Source: Ranitomeya imitator
Lineage: Eukaryota
DNA: 64,000 bases
Reading direction: 5' to 3'
Assembly (NCBI RefSeq): GCF_032444005.1
Contig: NC_091289.1
Coordinates: forward strand, 5,890,001 to 5,954,000
Shown: positions 24,048-38,000 of the stretch, piece by piece
How the letters are laid out: each line of letters opens with the position of its first letter
Numbering within the stretch: the first letter of the stretch is position 1
Notes under the pieces: model-generated
Database searches by the model: none
What the model was told of the DNA's origin: nothing
Seen by the model: only the letters and a program-made list of their open reading frames with translations
Made by a program: the position numbers and the translations under genes

Positions 24048-24453
24048 TTATTGATACTGCGGATTCTATTTTTAATAAACGTATTATTGCACCAAAGATC
24101 CAGCGAGTCCTGAGCAGTCTGTGGCGGAGCTGGGGGCCCCTGGTCTGATCAGCCGGAGCTTCCTGCATGGGATAGGATGGGGGAGGGGAGCTGCGGATAG
24201 TGGGGGTCACTCAGTGCAATCATGAGATTAATTCCATTTATTTTGACAGTTTAAAGTTACAGAAACATCGATACAAAAGAAAAATATAATAATGAAAGAG
24301 GAAAGTGATCTGATTGGCACAACGACCCGCGACCTCGCCGCCATCCAGGAATAGCGCAGCCCATGGCTTCTGTCGGCCAATAAAGTGAAGAGTAAAACGG
24401 AGGAAGGATCGGGGGACGCCGCTGTAAACGTAGATGAAGGGGGTCCGCAGCGT

Positions 24454-27400
24454 CTAGGTCAGAGTCTCTCCTTTAGTGACCTGCAATAGAAAAAGATGAG
24501 TGATCAGATGGCGAAAACCGGACGTAATGGACGAGTCGTCAGACATGAAGCACGGGGGTCTCTGCCAGGCCACAGCACATGCAGAAGAGCGCAGCCACAG
24601 AACAGCACAGAGCACGGCCACGAGCAGACACGGAAATACGCGGCACTCTGTAAATACCTGGTGGGGGGAGGAGCTACAGCTCTGTTCATCCTGAGCCTCC
24701 CAGTTCATGAATAGAATGCTAGAACTACAGTAAAGACTGACAAGATGGAGAGGGGGGTGGGGAGGGATGAAGCTGCAGAAGGGCATGCTATACGGAGGGG
24801 ACTCAGCAGTCCATACCCCCACCCTATCAGCCCAGAGCGGTGGTCAGGTGATGTAGTGATCCGGCTACGGGCTGCTCTCCTGCGCCTGTCCAGTTATGAT
24901 GGGAGCTGGAGATCCACAGGTTAGGACCCGCTATGATCTACTGGGTGGAAGGAAGTCATGGCTTTTTCTAACCGAACCACCACTATTCCCTATCAGAAGC
25001 CTTTACAAGGTGCGTTCACCCCATTAATCTTCATCCGTTTTGTGTGCACAGCTCGCATGCAGACTGATGTGTTGCCGTAGTTACACCCTGTGTAGTCTGA
25101 CACTGCAGTTGTGTGCTGCCGTCCGCCTCCTCTACAGCGTGATGATGAAGAAGAGAGGACAGACACTAATAGATGAGTGGAGCTGTGAACACTAAACGGG
25201 AGGAGGTTTTACATGAAGACCGGGAGCAATGTTGCTTCATTTTCTATTTTAGATACATTAAGACCCCATAACCCCTGCCCCCGCCCTTTAGGATAATGTC
25301 GGCTTCCCCATCACTGGTCCTGGATAGATTTCAGGACTAATAACTAAAGAGACAGAATTACCCAATAGATAAAGAGAGAAAATAATATCAGACATGTCAC
25401 CAGCAGCTTACTGATGGTTTCCAGATAGCAAAGTATTGCTCCAAACTGCAGCACTGATGACTTAAAGGGCCGGTAACGTCTGTAAGTTTACAGTAGTCTC
25501 CCCCTCCTGATTGGAGAAGAGGAGGTGGCTGCATGTTGTTACTCAATGTCCACACAAGCTCATGTTATAGCGGATATTGGGCTCAGCCGCTTCCCCTCAC
25601 AGATGCTGATCTAGCAAATCGTATGTAGAAAATGGGGTGGGGGGAGTTCACACAAAGGGTTAATATCAGGCAAAAAAAAAATCCAACACAACAAGAAGGG
25701 ACAGCAAAGGGGGATGAGACCATGGGGGGTTCATGCAGCACTACAGTTATTCTGCGGTCACCACCATTCCAGAGGGCGGCAGAAAATCAAAAGAAATATG
25801 AAAGTAAGATTCAGAGCAAGAGGCGACGGCTACAATGTAACACGCGGGATCAGTCGCCAGACTGGGGCCCAGGTGCAGCGAGCGCTGTTACTATACGTTT
25901 CCCCTGTGGTGGCGAAAAACAATCCCCCAAAAAACTCCATTCTGGTTTTGGCGACAGAAACCACATTGATCACAAGAGTTCTGCATTATCCGATGTGGAG
26001 AGTGCGGCAGGACCTGTGGTGACAGTGTAGTCATGTGACCGCTCAGGTCCTGTACCCTGCGGGAGTCTGGAAGATCTGAGGAGGAGGAAACTGGCAAGTC
26101 ATCTATAATGTGTGAGTATGTATGAATGTATGTGCTCTGAGTGTGCATACAGGTGTATGTATGTGCTCTGTGAGGCTGGGATCACACATGCGAGAAATAC
26201 GTCCCGAGTCACGCATGGTAATACCCGGCACTGCCGCCGTCACTCAGGAGCGGAGAGTGCGGCCGCATAGCAATACATGCAGCCTCACGCTCCGAGAGAC
26301 GGCGGCAATGCCGGGTATTACCATGCGTGACATGTATTTCTCACATGTGTGATCGCAGCCTGAGTATGTACACACGCGTGTATGTATGTGCTCTGTGAGT
26401 ATGTATACACGTGTATGTGCTGTGAGTATGTATACACGTGTATGTATGTGCTCTGTGAGTATGTATCTGAGTATGTGTGTGTATGTGCTGAGTATGTATA
26501 CACGTGTATGTGCTCTGTGAGTATGTATCTGAGTATGTGTGTGTATGTGCTGAGTATGTATACACGTGTATGTGCTCTGAGTATGTATCTGTGAGTATGT
26601 GTGTGTGTGTGTGTGTATGTGCTGAGTATGCACACACGTGTGCATACACAATGTGTGTATACACTATGTACAGGCATGGTATGTGTGCTCTGTGAGTGTG
26701 TATACACATATGTATGTGCTCTTGGAGTATGTATACACATGTGTATGTATGTGCTCTGTGTATACATGTATGTCCGGGCTTGGTGTATATACCTGTGTGT
26801 ATGTAGTATCCACATTTATAAATCCCCGCTGTTCATAGGTGTAATGATGTCAATAATCGCCTAATGAATGTGTAAAATGCTGCCTACTCATCGAGTGACT
26901 GGATTGTCTATGGTGGAACATAAATCCTTGTTCTCGGCAGCACATCGCCGCTGTACAGGGAGAGACGGATCTGCTAGTGATTGTACAGAGGCCGGAGACG
27001 AGCGACTTCAGTGCTGTCCATCACTCGTATAACGGCCTGAACTCCGCGCATGTGACCACAACCGAGACGTTCCTGTGACGGAGCGATGTGTCACATTGGG
27101 GATCTGCGCCCGGCTCGCCCCTCGCTGCAGAGATGAATGTTGGCGGCTCAGAGTATTGATACAATGTAACACGCAGGATACAAGGTTCTCTGCTCCGATG
27201 CATCCGCCGCTGCGGCCACAGACACGTCATGCAGACTCCCGCGTGTCAGACATGCAGAATGGCCGCAGAGGGCAGCACGTACCCGCGCCTCTATGTACTC
27301 GATCCGCCGCTCCAGAGCCGTCAGCTTCTCGTTCAATGTCGCCAGTCGTGATCGGCAGGACATGTCTGCAAACAAGAGGAGAGGTCAGAGGACAGCGCCG

Positions 27401-28717
27401 GACCCCGGACATCCCACCACCCTGCACATAGGGGGCGCCCTGCACCCAGGACATCCCAGCACCTGCACATAGGGGGCGCCCTGCACCCAGGACATCCCAG
27501 CACCTGCACAAAGGGGGCACCCTGCACCCCGGACATAAGAGGAGAGGTCAGAGGACAGCGCCGGACCCCAGACATCCCAGCACCTGCACATAGGGGGCAC
27601 CCTCCATCCCAGCACCTGCACATAGGGGGCGCCCTGCACCCAGGACATCCCAGCACCTGCACATAGGGGGCGCCCTGCACCAAGGACATCCCAGCACCTG
27701 CACATAGGGGGCGCCCTGCACCCCGGACATCCCAGCACCTGCACATAGGGGGCGCCCTGCACCCAGGACATCCCAGCACCTGCACATAGGGGGCGCCCTG
27801 CACCCCGGACATCCCAGCACCTGCACATAGGGGGCGCCCTGCACCCAGGACATCCCAGCACCTGCACATAGGGGGCGCCCTGCACCCAGGACATCCCAGC
27901 ACCTGCACATAGGGGGCGCCCTGCACCCAGGACATCCCAGCACCTGCACATAGGGGGCGCCCTGCACCCAGGACATCCCAGCACCTGCACATAGGGGGCG
28001 CCCTGCACCCCGGACATCCCAGCACCTGCACATAGGGGGCGCCCTGCACCCAGGACATCCCAGCACCTGCACATAGGGGGCGCCCTGCACCCCGGACATC
28101 CCAGCACCTGCACATAGGGGGCGCCCTGCACCCCGGACATCCCAGCACCTGCACATAGGGGGCGCCCTGCACCCCGGACATCCCAGCACCTGCACATAGG
28201 GGGCGCCCTGCACCCAGGACATCCCAGCACCTGCACATAGGGGGCGCCCTGCACCCAGGACATCCCAGCACCTGCACATAGGGGGCGCCCTGCACCCCGG
28301 ACATCCCAGCACCTGCACATAGGGGGCGCCCTGCACCCCGGACATCCCAGCACCTGCACATAGGGGGCGCCCTGCACCCAGGACATCCCAGCACCTGCAC
28401 ATAGGGGGCGCCCTGCACCCCGGACATGAGGGGAGGTCATCACCGGACATCACCTCACGACATGACAGGCGCCCCCTCAGTATTACACCGCCCTGCACAT
28501 AGGGGGCGCCACTATTCACAATATATTTACACAGTGACATCCTGTCTATGATATCGCGATTACAAGCCCCCGCCTCCGATCTCATGTCGCGATATTCACC
28601 GAATGAGTTGAGGAAGTCGGCGATCTTCTTGATGCTGCTGGTGATCACCTCGATATACTCGCGGTTGGCCCAGTCCTGGTGGATCTCCCGCTGCACCGGG
28701 TCCTCCTGACTCGACAT
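24454..28717 (-). CDS. BRK1: BRICK1, WAVE/SCAR complex subunit (75 aa)
   Basis: Exons 28717-28600, 27365-27283 and 24480-24454 with GT-AG sites give [75 protein letters not shown], nearly identical to vertebrate BRK1. Minus-strand AATAAA at ~24237-24242. Confidence 0.98.
26110..26810. repeat. Degenerate TG-rich simple repeat in BRK1 intron 2
   Basis: Repeated gagtatgtatacacgtgtatgtgct(ctgt) and (tg)n. Confidence 0.9.
27400..28510. repeat. 41-bp GC-rich minisatellite in BRK1 intron 1 (~25 units)
   Basis: Unit tgcacatagggggcgccctgcaccc(a/c)ggacatcccagcacc. Confidence 0.96.
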
Positions 28718-28779
28718 CTTCCGTCTATTCTCCGTGGTCTCCCGGGAGCAGCAGCGCCACCTGCAGGACGAGCCGTCAC

Positions 28780-29030
28780 CTCAGCACGTCACATCCGAGG
28801 CGCCGGCGGCCATCTTTGTACCTGGCGGAGCTGACGTCCCGCAGCCCCAGAGGTCCGCGCTCAGTATCTGCAGCCGCTCCCATAGTTCTATGCGGCAGAG
28901 TGACGTCACAGAAGAGGCCAAATCTCCACCAGCAAAACCGAGAAACGAGAGAAAGAAACCGAGGGCGGAATAATGTACGGGAGGAGAGAGGGACCAAAAT
29001 CCACCGGACCGCGCCCGACAGTGACGTCAT
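28780..29030 (-). promoter_or_regulatory. BRK1 CpG-island promoter with CRE and YY1-type motifs
   Basis: Perfect TGACGTCA palindromes at 28901-28908 and 29022-29029, GCCATCTT (YY1-type) at 28809-28816, high CpG density. Confidence 0.6.
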
Positions 29031-29054
29031 AGAAGGCAGGAGGAGGGGCTTAGT

Positions 29055-32000
29055 GTATCACATCACACAGGAGAGGATTAGATACACGGCTCAGCAGTCA
29101 GTATCACACAGGAGAGGATTAGATACACGGCTCAGCAGACAGGATCACAGGAGAGGATTAGATACACAGCTCAGCAGACAGTATCACACAGGATAGGATT
29201 AGATACACGGCTCAGCAGTCAGTATCACACAGGAGAGGATTAGATACACGGCTCAGCAGACAGTATTACACAGGAGGGGATTAGATACACGGCTCAGCAG
29301 ACAGTATCACACAGGATAGGATTAGATACACGGCTCAGCAGTCAGTATCACACAGGACAGGATTAGATACACGGCTCAGCAGGCAGTATCACACAGGAGA
29401 GGATTAGATACACGGCTCAGCAGTCAGTATCACACAGGAGAGGATTAGATACACGGCTCAGCAGTCAGTATCACACAGGAGAGGATTAGATACACGGCTC
29501 AGCAGTCAGTATCACACAGGAGGGGATTAGATACACGGCTCAGCAGTCAGTATCACACAGGAGAGGATTAGATACACGGCTCAGCAGTCAGTATCACACA
29601 GGAGAGGATTAGATACACGGCTCAGCAGTCAGTATCACACAGGAGGGGATTAGATACACGGCTCAGCAGACAGTATCACACAGGATAGGATTAGATACAC
29701 GGCTCAGCAGACAGTATCACACAGGATAGGATTAGATACACAGCTCAGCAGTCAGTATCACACAGGAGAGGATTAGATACACAGCTCAGCAGACAGTATC
29801 ACACAGGATAGGATTAGATACACAGCTCAGCAGTCAGTATCACACAGGAGAGGATTAGATACACGGCTCAGCAGTCAGTATCACACAGGAGAGGATTAGA
29901 TACACGGCTCAGCAGACAGTATCACACAGGATAGGATTAGATACACAGCTCAGCAGTCAGTAGCACACAGGATAGGATTAGATACACGGCTCAGCAGTCA
30001 GTATCACACAGGAGAGGATTAGATACACGGCTCAGCAGACAGTATTACACAGGAGGGGATTAGATACACGGCTCAGCAGTCAGTATCACACAGGAGGGGA
30101 TTAGATACACGGCTCAGCAGACAGTATCACACAGGATAGGATTAGATACACGGCTCAGCAGACAGTATCACACAGGATAGGATTAGATACACAGCTCAGC
30201 AGTCAGTATCACAGGAGAGGATTAGATACACAGCTCAGCAGACAGTATCACACAGGAGAGGATTAGATACAGAGCTCAGCAGACAGTATCACGCAGGATA
30301 GGATTAGATACACAGCTCAGCAGACAGTATCACAGAGGAGAGAATTAGATACACGGCTCTGCAGTCAATATCACACAGGAGAGGATTAGATACACGGCTC
30401 AGCAGTCAGTATCACACAGGATAGGATTAGATACACGGCTCAGCAGTCAGTATCACACAGGATAGGATTAGATACACGGCTCAGCAGTCAGTAGCACACA
30501 GGATAGGATTAGATACACGGCTCAGCAGTCAGTATCACACAGGAGAGGATTAGATACACAGCTCAGCAGTCAGTATCACAGGAGAGGATTAGATACACAG
30601 CTCAGCAGACAGTATCACACAGGAGAGGATTAGATACACAGCTCAGCAGACAGTATCACACAGGAGAGGATTAGATACAGAGCTCAGCAGACAGTATCAC
30701 GCAGGATAGGATTAGATACACAGCTCAGCAGACAGTATCACAGAGGAGAGATTAGATACACGGCTCAGCAGACAGTATCACGCAGGAGAGAATTAGATAC
30801 ACGGCTCTGCAGTCAATATCACACAGGAGAGGATTAGATACACGGCTCAGCAGTCAGTATCACACAGGATAGGATTAGATACACGGCTCAGCAGTCAGTA
30901 TCACACAGGATAGGATTAGATACACGGCTCAGCAGTCAGTATCACACAGGAGAGGATTAGATACACGGCTCAGCAGACAGTATCACACAGGATAGGATTA
31001 GATACACGGCTCAGCAGTCAGTAGCACACAGAATAGGATTAGATACACGGCTCAGCAGTCAGTATCACACAGGAGAGGATTAGATACACAGCTCAGCAGT
31101 CAGTATCACAGGAGAGGATTAGATACACAGCTCAGCAGACAGTATCACACAGGAGAGGATTAGATACACAGCTCAGCAGACAGTATCACACAGGAGAGAA
31201 TTAGATACAGAGCTCAGCAGACAGTATCACGCAGGATAGGATTAGATACACGGCTCAGCAGTCAGTATCACACAGGAGAGGATTAGATACACAGCTCAGC
31301 AGACAGTATCACAGGAGAGGATTAGATACACAGCTCAGCAGACAGTATCACACAGGAGAGGATTAGATACAGAGCTCAGCAGACAGTATCACGCAGGATA
31401 GGATTAGATACACAGCTCAGCAGACAGTATCACAGAGGAGAGATTAGATACACGGCTCAGCAGACAGTATCACGCAGGAGAGAATTAGATACACGGCTCT
31501 GCAGTCAATATCACACAGGAGAGGATTAGATACACGGCTCAGCAGTCAGTACCACACAGGATAGGATTAGATACACGGCTCAGCAGTTAGTATCACACAG
31601 GAGAGGATTAGATACACGGCTCAGCAGTCAGTATCACACAGGAGAGGATTAGATACACGGCTCAGCAGTCAGTATCACACAGGAGAGGATTAGATACACG
31701 GCTCAGCAGACAGTATCACACAGGATAGGATTAGATACACGGCTCAGCAGTCAGTAGCACACAGGATAGGATTAGATACACGGCTCAGCAGTCAGTATCA
31801 CACAGGAGAGGATTAGATACACGGCTCAGCAGTCAGTATCACACAGGAGAGGATTAGATACACAGCTCAGCAGACAGTATCACACAGGATAGGATTAGAT
31901 ACACAGCTCAGCAGACAGTATCACACAGGATGGGATTAGATACACAGCTCAGCAGTCAGTATCACACAGGAGAGGATTAGATACACGGCTCAGCAGTCAG

Positions 32001-33562
32001 TATCACACAGGAGAGGATTAGATACACGGCTCAGCAGACAGTATCACACAGGAGAGGATTAGATACACGGCTCAGCAGTCAGTATCACACAGGATGGGAT
32101 TAGATACACAGCTCAGCAGACAGTATCACACAGGATAGGATTAGATACACGGCTCAGCAGTCAGTATCACACAGGAGAGGATTAGATACACGGCTCAGCA
32201 GTCAGTATCACACAGGATGGGATTAGATACACAGCTCAGCAGACAGTATCACACAGGATAGGATTAGATACACGGCTCAGCAGACAGTATCACACAGGAT
32301 GGGATTAGATACACAGCTCAGCAGTCAGTATCACACAGGAGAGGATTAGATACACGGCTCAGCAGTCAGTATCACACAGGAGAGGATTAGATACACGGCT
32401 CAGCAGACAGTATCACACAGGATAGGATTAGATACACGGCTCAACAGTCAGTAGCACACAGGATAGGATTAGATACACGGCTCAGCAGTCAGTATCACAC
32501 AGGAGAGGATTAGATACACAGCTCAGCAGTCAGTATCACAGGAGAGGATTAGATACACAGCTCAGCAGACAGTATCACACAGGAGAGGATTAGATACACA
32601 GCTCAGCAGACAGTATCACACAGGAGAGGATTAGATACAGAGCTCAGCAGACAGTATCACGCAGGATAGGATTAGATACACAGCTCAGCAGACAGTATCA
32701 CAGAGGAGAGATTAGATACACGGCTCAGCAGACAGTATCACGCAGGAGAGAATTAGATACACGGCTCTGCAGTCAATATCACACAGGAGAGGATTAGATA
32801 CACGGCTCAGCAGTCAGTATCACACAGGATAGGATTAGATACACGGCTCAGCAGTCAGTATCACACAGGATAGGATTAGATACACGGCTCAGCAGTCAGT
32901 ATCACACAGGATAGGATTAGATACACGGCTCAGCAGTCAGTATCACACAGGATAGGATTAGATACACGGCTCAGCAGTCAGTATCACACAGGAGAGGATT
33001 AGATACACGGCTCAGCAGTCAGTATCACACAGGAGAGGATTAGATACACGGCTCAGCAGACAGTATCACACAGGATAGGATTAGATACACGGCTCAGCAG
33101 TCAGTAGCACACAGGATAGGATTAGATACACGGCTCAGCAGTCAGTATCACACAGGAGAGGATTAGATACACAGCTCAGCAGTCAGTATCACAGGAGAGG
33201 ATTAGATACACAGCTCAGCAGACAGTATCACACAGGAGAGGATTAGATACACAGCTTAGCAGACAGTATCACACAGGAGAGAATTAGATACAGAGCTCAG
33301 CAGACAGTATCACGCAGGATAGGATTAGATACACAGCTCAGCAGACAGTATCACAGAGGAGAGATTAGATACACGGCTCAGCAGACAGTATCACACAGGA
33401 TATGATTAGATACACGGCTCAGCAGTCAGTAGCACACAGGATAGGATTAGATACACGGCTCAGCAGTCAGTATCACACATGATAGGATTAGATACACAGC
33501 TCAGCAGTCAGTATCACACAGGAGAGGATTAGATACATGGCTCAGCAGACAGTATCACACAG
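29055..33562. repeat. 41-bp satellite, left arm (~110 units)
   Basis: Unit ggattagatacacggctcagcagtcagtatcacacaggaga, with higher-order variant blocks. Confidence 0.97.
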
Positions 33563-34414
33563 ACTGCAGAGACCCGTGTGTCGTAACCAGTGCCTTCCCC
33601 CGTCCCACCACTCCGTAATAAAAGATACCAACAATCCTGGATGGGTTGAACAGGTCGGTCACAGTTTTATTATTTGCAAAGTAGAGAAGGGCAATTACAC
33701 ATCGTGACGCACTCATTGCTGAAGGCCCCAGCCGACGACCGCTGGGCCAGCAAGCCGATGAGAGGTTACGAACCTTTGCCCCCCTCTACCTACCGCTGTG
33801 ACGTATATAAAAGAACGTCAACATTTATTTTTTTTTATAAAATTTAAAATTCAAAACATTTTAACAGTAATTGCACAGTACATTTACCAGTTTATAAGGG
33901 AGGGAGGGTGGGACAACAGCTTCCAAGGGTCAGCCGGGGAGAAAGAGGGAGAACCTGGCCCGGTCACTAGAATTTAACCCCTGAGGGTGTGGCCTGACTC
34001 ACCTCTTCTCCCCGGTTGGTCCGCTGGGCGTCCCAATCATGACCTCACCTGGGGAGGTAGTGGGAGGGGGGAATTGGGCACTGCACAGATTTCCCCTCTA
34101 GCTATCCCTTAGGGGCTCTGCAGTCAGAGGCACGTTCCTTATACAGTACCGTGCCTACCAGACTGCAGAGACCCGTGTGTCGTAACCAGTGCTTTCCCCC
34201 GTCCCACCACTCCGTAATAAAAGATACCAACAAACCTGGATGGGTTGAACAGGTCTGTCAGTTTATTATTTGCAAAGTAGAGAAGGGCAATTACACATCA
34301 CGACGCACTCATTGCTGAAGGCCCCAGCCGACCACCGCTGGGCCAGCAAGCCGATGAGAGGTTATGAACCTTTGCCCCCCTCTACCTACCGCCACGGAGG
34401 ATCATGTGTATGAC

Positions 34415-35023
34415 CTACACAGGACTCCGACCCCCACACAACATCATTAGAGCCTGTTCAACACCATCCCGCAAACCCTCCAAGAATATGTCGAGCCCGA
34501 TGTCCGTGAGGTGGATGCCATCTGGTCTCAGCAAAGCAAAATTGTTCCCTTCTAGCTCTTGGTGTCGAACCACAATGCCGTAATTTTCTCTCACAAACTT
34601 CGACATCTTTGTGTTAATCCTTTTTCTTGCGTTTTCGATGGCTTTTACGTCCTTAGCTCCGTGCCAGACCGCTCGAGGTATTATCTCGGACCACACCACC
34701 ACCATATCTGGTAATAAACAGACAAACCGATCGATGTCCGTTGACATTACTGTGTACAGCTCGGCCCCTTTCCGCTTGCCCAAATCATTGCCTCCGGCAT
34801 GTAGCACCAGAACCACCGGCCCCTTGGCCTTCTTAGCGATGTCGACCAACTCCGGGAAGATCTGACGCCACCGGAGCCCTCTGATGCCCCTCCAGTTGAC
34901 TTCCAAATTCGGGAAGCCAAAATTGGTTCCCCCCGTCCTGAGTTTGGCCCTTTTGCATGCCCAGTAGACAAAAGAATGCCCCACTACCCAGACTGTGGGC
35001 CTACAGCTGCCTGTAATAGACAA
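34415..35023 (-). CDS. SGNH/GDSL-family hydrolase (esterase-like) ORF of the Ngaro element, ~200 aa
   Basis: Blocks VWVVGHSF (I), GIRG (II), LHAGGNDL (III) and DGIHL (V, DxxH). No ATG at the start; a splice acceptor lies at 35011/35010. Confidence 0.88.
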   Translation of the reverse strand: MSITGSCRPTVWVVGHSFVYWACKRAKLRTGGTNFGFPNLEVNWRGIRGLRWRQIFPELVDIAKKAKGPVVLVLHAGGNDLGKRKGAELYTVMSTDIDRFVCLLPDMVVVWSEIIPRAVWHGAKDVKAIENARKRINTKMSKFVRENYGIVVRHQELEGNNFALLRPDGIHLTDIGLDIFLEGLRDGVEQALMMLCGGRSPV

Positions 35024-35029
35024 AAAGTG

Positions 35030-38000
35030 TTAGAGCAGGTCTGGTCTTATGTATCTTGCAAAGCATGCGGATTTCCAGCGGCCCATTCTCTGCACCTCGA
35101 CTTCCGATACCCCCGCTCTAGCTGCTTCGGTCGCCGCCCCTATTCGGAATGAATGTGTCCCATATTCCTTTGGAGCCACGCCGAGTGCCTCTAGGCACTG
35201 TCTAAAGATCGCTTGAAATTGATATTTAGTAAGAGGGGACCCGTCCGTGTGTGAAAGAAAGAATCTACCCGGACGTCTTACTAGCGCATAGTTTTTAACT
35301 ATTTTTACGGGGCATATTGGGACGCCTGACGCCTTGACCAATACCCATGTCCCCCTCCCGGTGGGGTCGCATTTGGATCTCCGTACTCTAATGCGCAGAG
35401 CTTCGCTGCATATGACGAGGTCTTCATTGATTAAGCCGCCTACTGATGCGGATTTTGACTGGGGCACTAATTCGCTGATGCGAAGCGCCCCGAAGAAGGC
35501 GATTGCGAACGCTGCAGATATCAGCGTTGCCTCGTATTGCGATTTGCACACCGATGAAGAAATTGCAATTATGTCGGCCAGCAGCCTTAAGGAAACTGGG
35601 CGACGGCATTCCTGACTAGGTTGCCGCCTTCTCCAGCCTTTAACGGCTTCTCTGATGAAAAAATATTTGGTTACGTCCACCCACCCCAGCAGCTGAAAGA
35701 AGAAGGCTATTCCCGACAGATGACGTTGCGCTAATGTCCCCGACGCACCTCCCCGCCTGAGCTTTTCTAAGAGTTCTACTAAGACGTCGCATCTCGCCCG
35801 GTCGCACCTATCGACTGGTCTTCCTTGCGTTAGCGAGCACCACTCCTCCCACGCCTTACCGTAAACCTGCCAAGTCGCCGGTGTCACCGAAGCGCGAATC
35901 AAGGGCATCAGTGATTGGCCACCATGTCCAAGAGGGAAGGAGGACACCGCAGGCCCGACGTTCGCGCCCTGGGGAGGAAGAGTTTGAATGCCTTTGAACC
36001 TCGCAGGTGCTCTATTTGACTGGCGGGTACATCTGGCCGCAGGGTGTCCACCTCCGCAGGAGGAGCATTCGTGTCTATATTTACAGGACCCTTGGAAACG
36101 GCAGTATCCATCGTTAAACAGTAAGCAGGCCCCAGGTCCGCGTACGACCACTGTATTCTGGCCTGCTGCTGTTGAGTGATAAGTGGTCGCTGCAGAAGAG
36201 GGGGGTTGTTTTTGGGACAACATCAGTCGTAACCAAACGTCCGTCGCTTTTACCCCCCAGCCCAAATCCGGTTGCATGGCCAACCGCCTGCGGAACTCCT
36301 CGTCGTACCGTTTCCATGCCGCCCCGCTGTGGCACTTATATGAATTATAAATTAGATCTTGGTAAATAAATAATTCGGAACAACGCTCTGGGTGCTTTTG
36401 GCCCATTATACATCCGAGAACCGCGAAGGCCTGGAGCCAGTTATTCATCGTTTGAGCTATTTTTGGTTTGCTCCTATCTTGTAACCGCTCGCCTACTCTC
36501 CTTTCCTTGTCCACGGACTGTTGGTCGGCAGATAACAGTGACCATATATCTACGTATCCATTATCCCAAATTTTTTGCCTTGTCTCTAACTCAACATGCG
36601 CTCCCAGTGGGCTAACTCCACAGAAAAATGCATCCTTGTGCAGACTAGCTGCCTGGGTGGTGCTAGTGTCAGTTGGTACGCCTGGGCGTGTCAGCTGCTG
36701 AACTAGGGTCTTAATAGCGGCCGCCAGCTCGCTTTCTCCCACATTTTGTATTGTAGAGCGCTCACCGACATCAAGGAACTCACCGCTGTCAGATGCCGGC
36801 CGAGTGTCTCCGGACGGAGGTACTCTGGCTCCTGCCGTGGCGCTGTCCTGGTGCTGGCCGCCCGCCCAGGAGGATGAAGATGGCAGGCCAGCGGCCAGCG
36901 CCGTGGCACGGGGATGTATTCTGCTGCATTGTGTCTGGTGCCGAGCGTCCCCCGGAGAGGGAGGTTCTCCGGCTTCTATTGTCTCGATGGTTCGATGCTG
37001 GCTGGTGGACCGGGGAGGTATGTATGGCGTGTCTCCCCGTGCGTCAGCCCAGGACGGAGCACGTGACGGATGACCTCTGTCGTCTGCTCGAGGATGAGAG
37101 GCTATTGGGGCGCCGATCTCGGCCTGATCGGTAACGGGGGGTGTCAGTGTCTGTTCCCACCGGGTACCCGCTCTGGGTGTCCGGTGAGACTGCCGTCTTT
37201 CGGCATGTGACCGGTACTGCCCGTTGTAACTCCCCGATGTATCTGAGCCGGTTGTGGATGGCGAGCGCCATCTGGAGGAGCGGGATCTGTGGTGGCTCCT
37301 GCGGCTCCTGTATGAGTGGTGTCGGCTTCTGGAGTGGGAATAGCGACAGCTAGAGGGACAGCGGGGACGGTGGTGGGAGTCTACTGATGAGGGTGAGGAT
37401 GATCTGCGGCATCTATGCCTGCGATCGCCCTGTCTAGGGGTTGCGTTAGGTGCATTCACCTCGGGAGTAGGGGGGACGTTACCTTGGCCATGGGGCGTGA
37501 GTGGCGGTGCAGGGGGTAGAGCCGGGGAAGGTGCGGTGACTGTTAAGCTAGCACCGCAATAGGGTGAGCGCAAAAGGGCGGGGACTGATAGGGAACTGTC
37601 TGCGATTAGCGTTTGGGAGCATGGGGGTGTTGGCGGCGCGTAATTTAATGCGGCTGTGTTAGTGTTTGGTGCGACTGTGTGCGTGCTTGGTGCGTACATT
37701 CCTGGCCGCGGAGCGTGCTGGTCGGTCTGGATAGACCAGTCATCACGCTCTGCGGCCGTGTTCGTGGCTCTGGCCCCCGACCGCCCGCCCCCCCGCACAG
37801 GCAACGCCGATGTGCCTGCTTGGGTGACGCGGCGGACCAGGAGTGGGCTGGCCAGAGGTCCACGGTGCTGCAGTCCTGGTGAGGCAGGGGACGCTGCAGC
37901 ACACCGTGGAGGGACCTGGCTCGGGGGGCTTGTGAGCGCTGTTTTTGAGGCGCCCCCCCGACCGATTTGGCGGGTTGGGGCCCCGCCGGCTAAAACTGTG

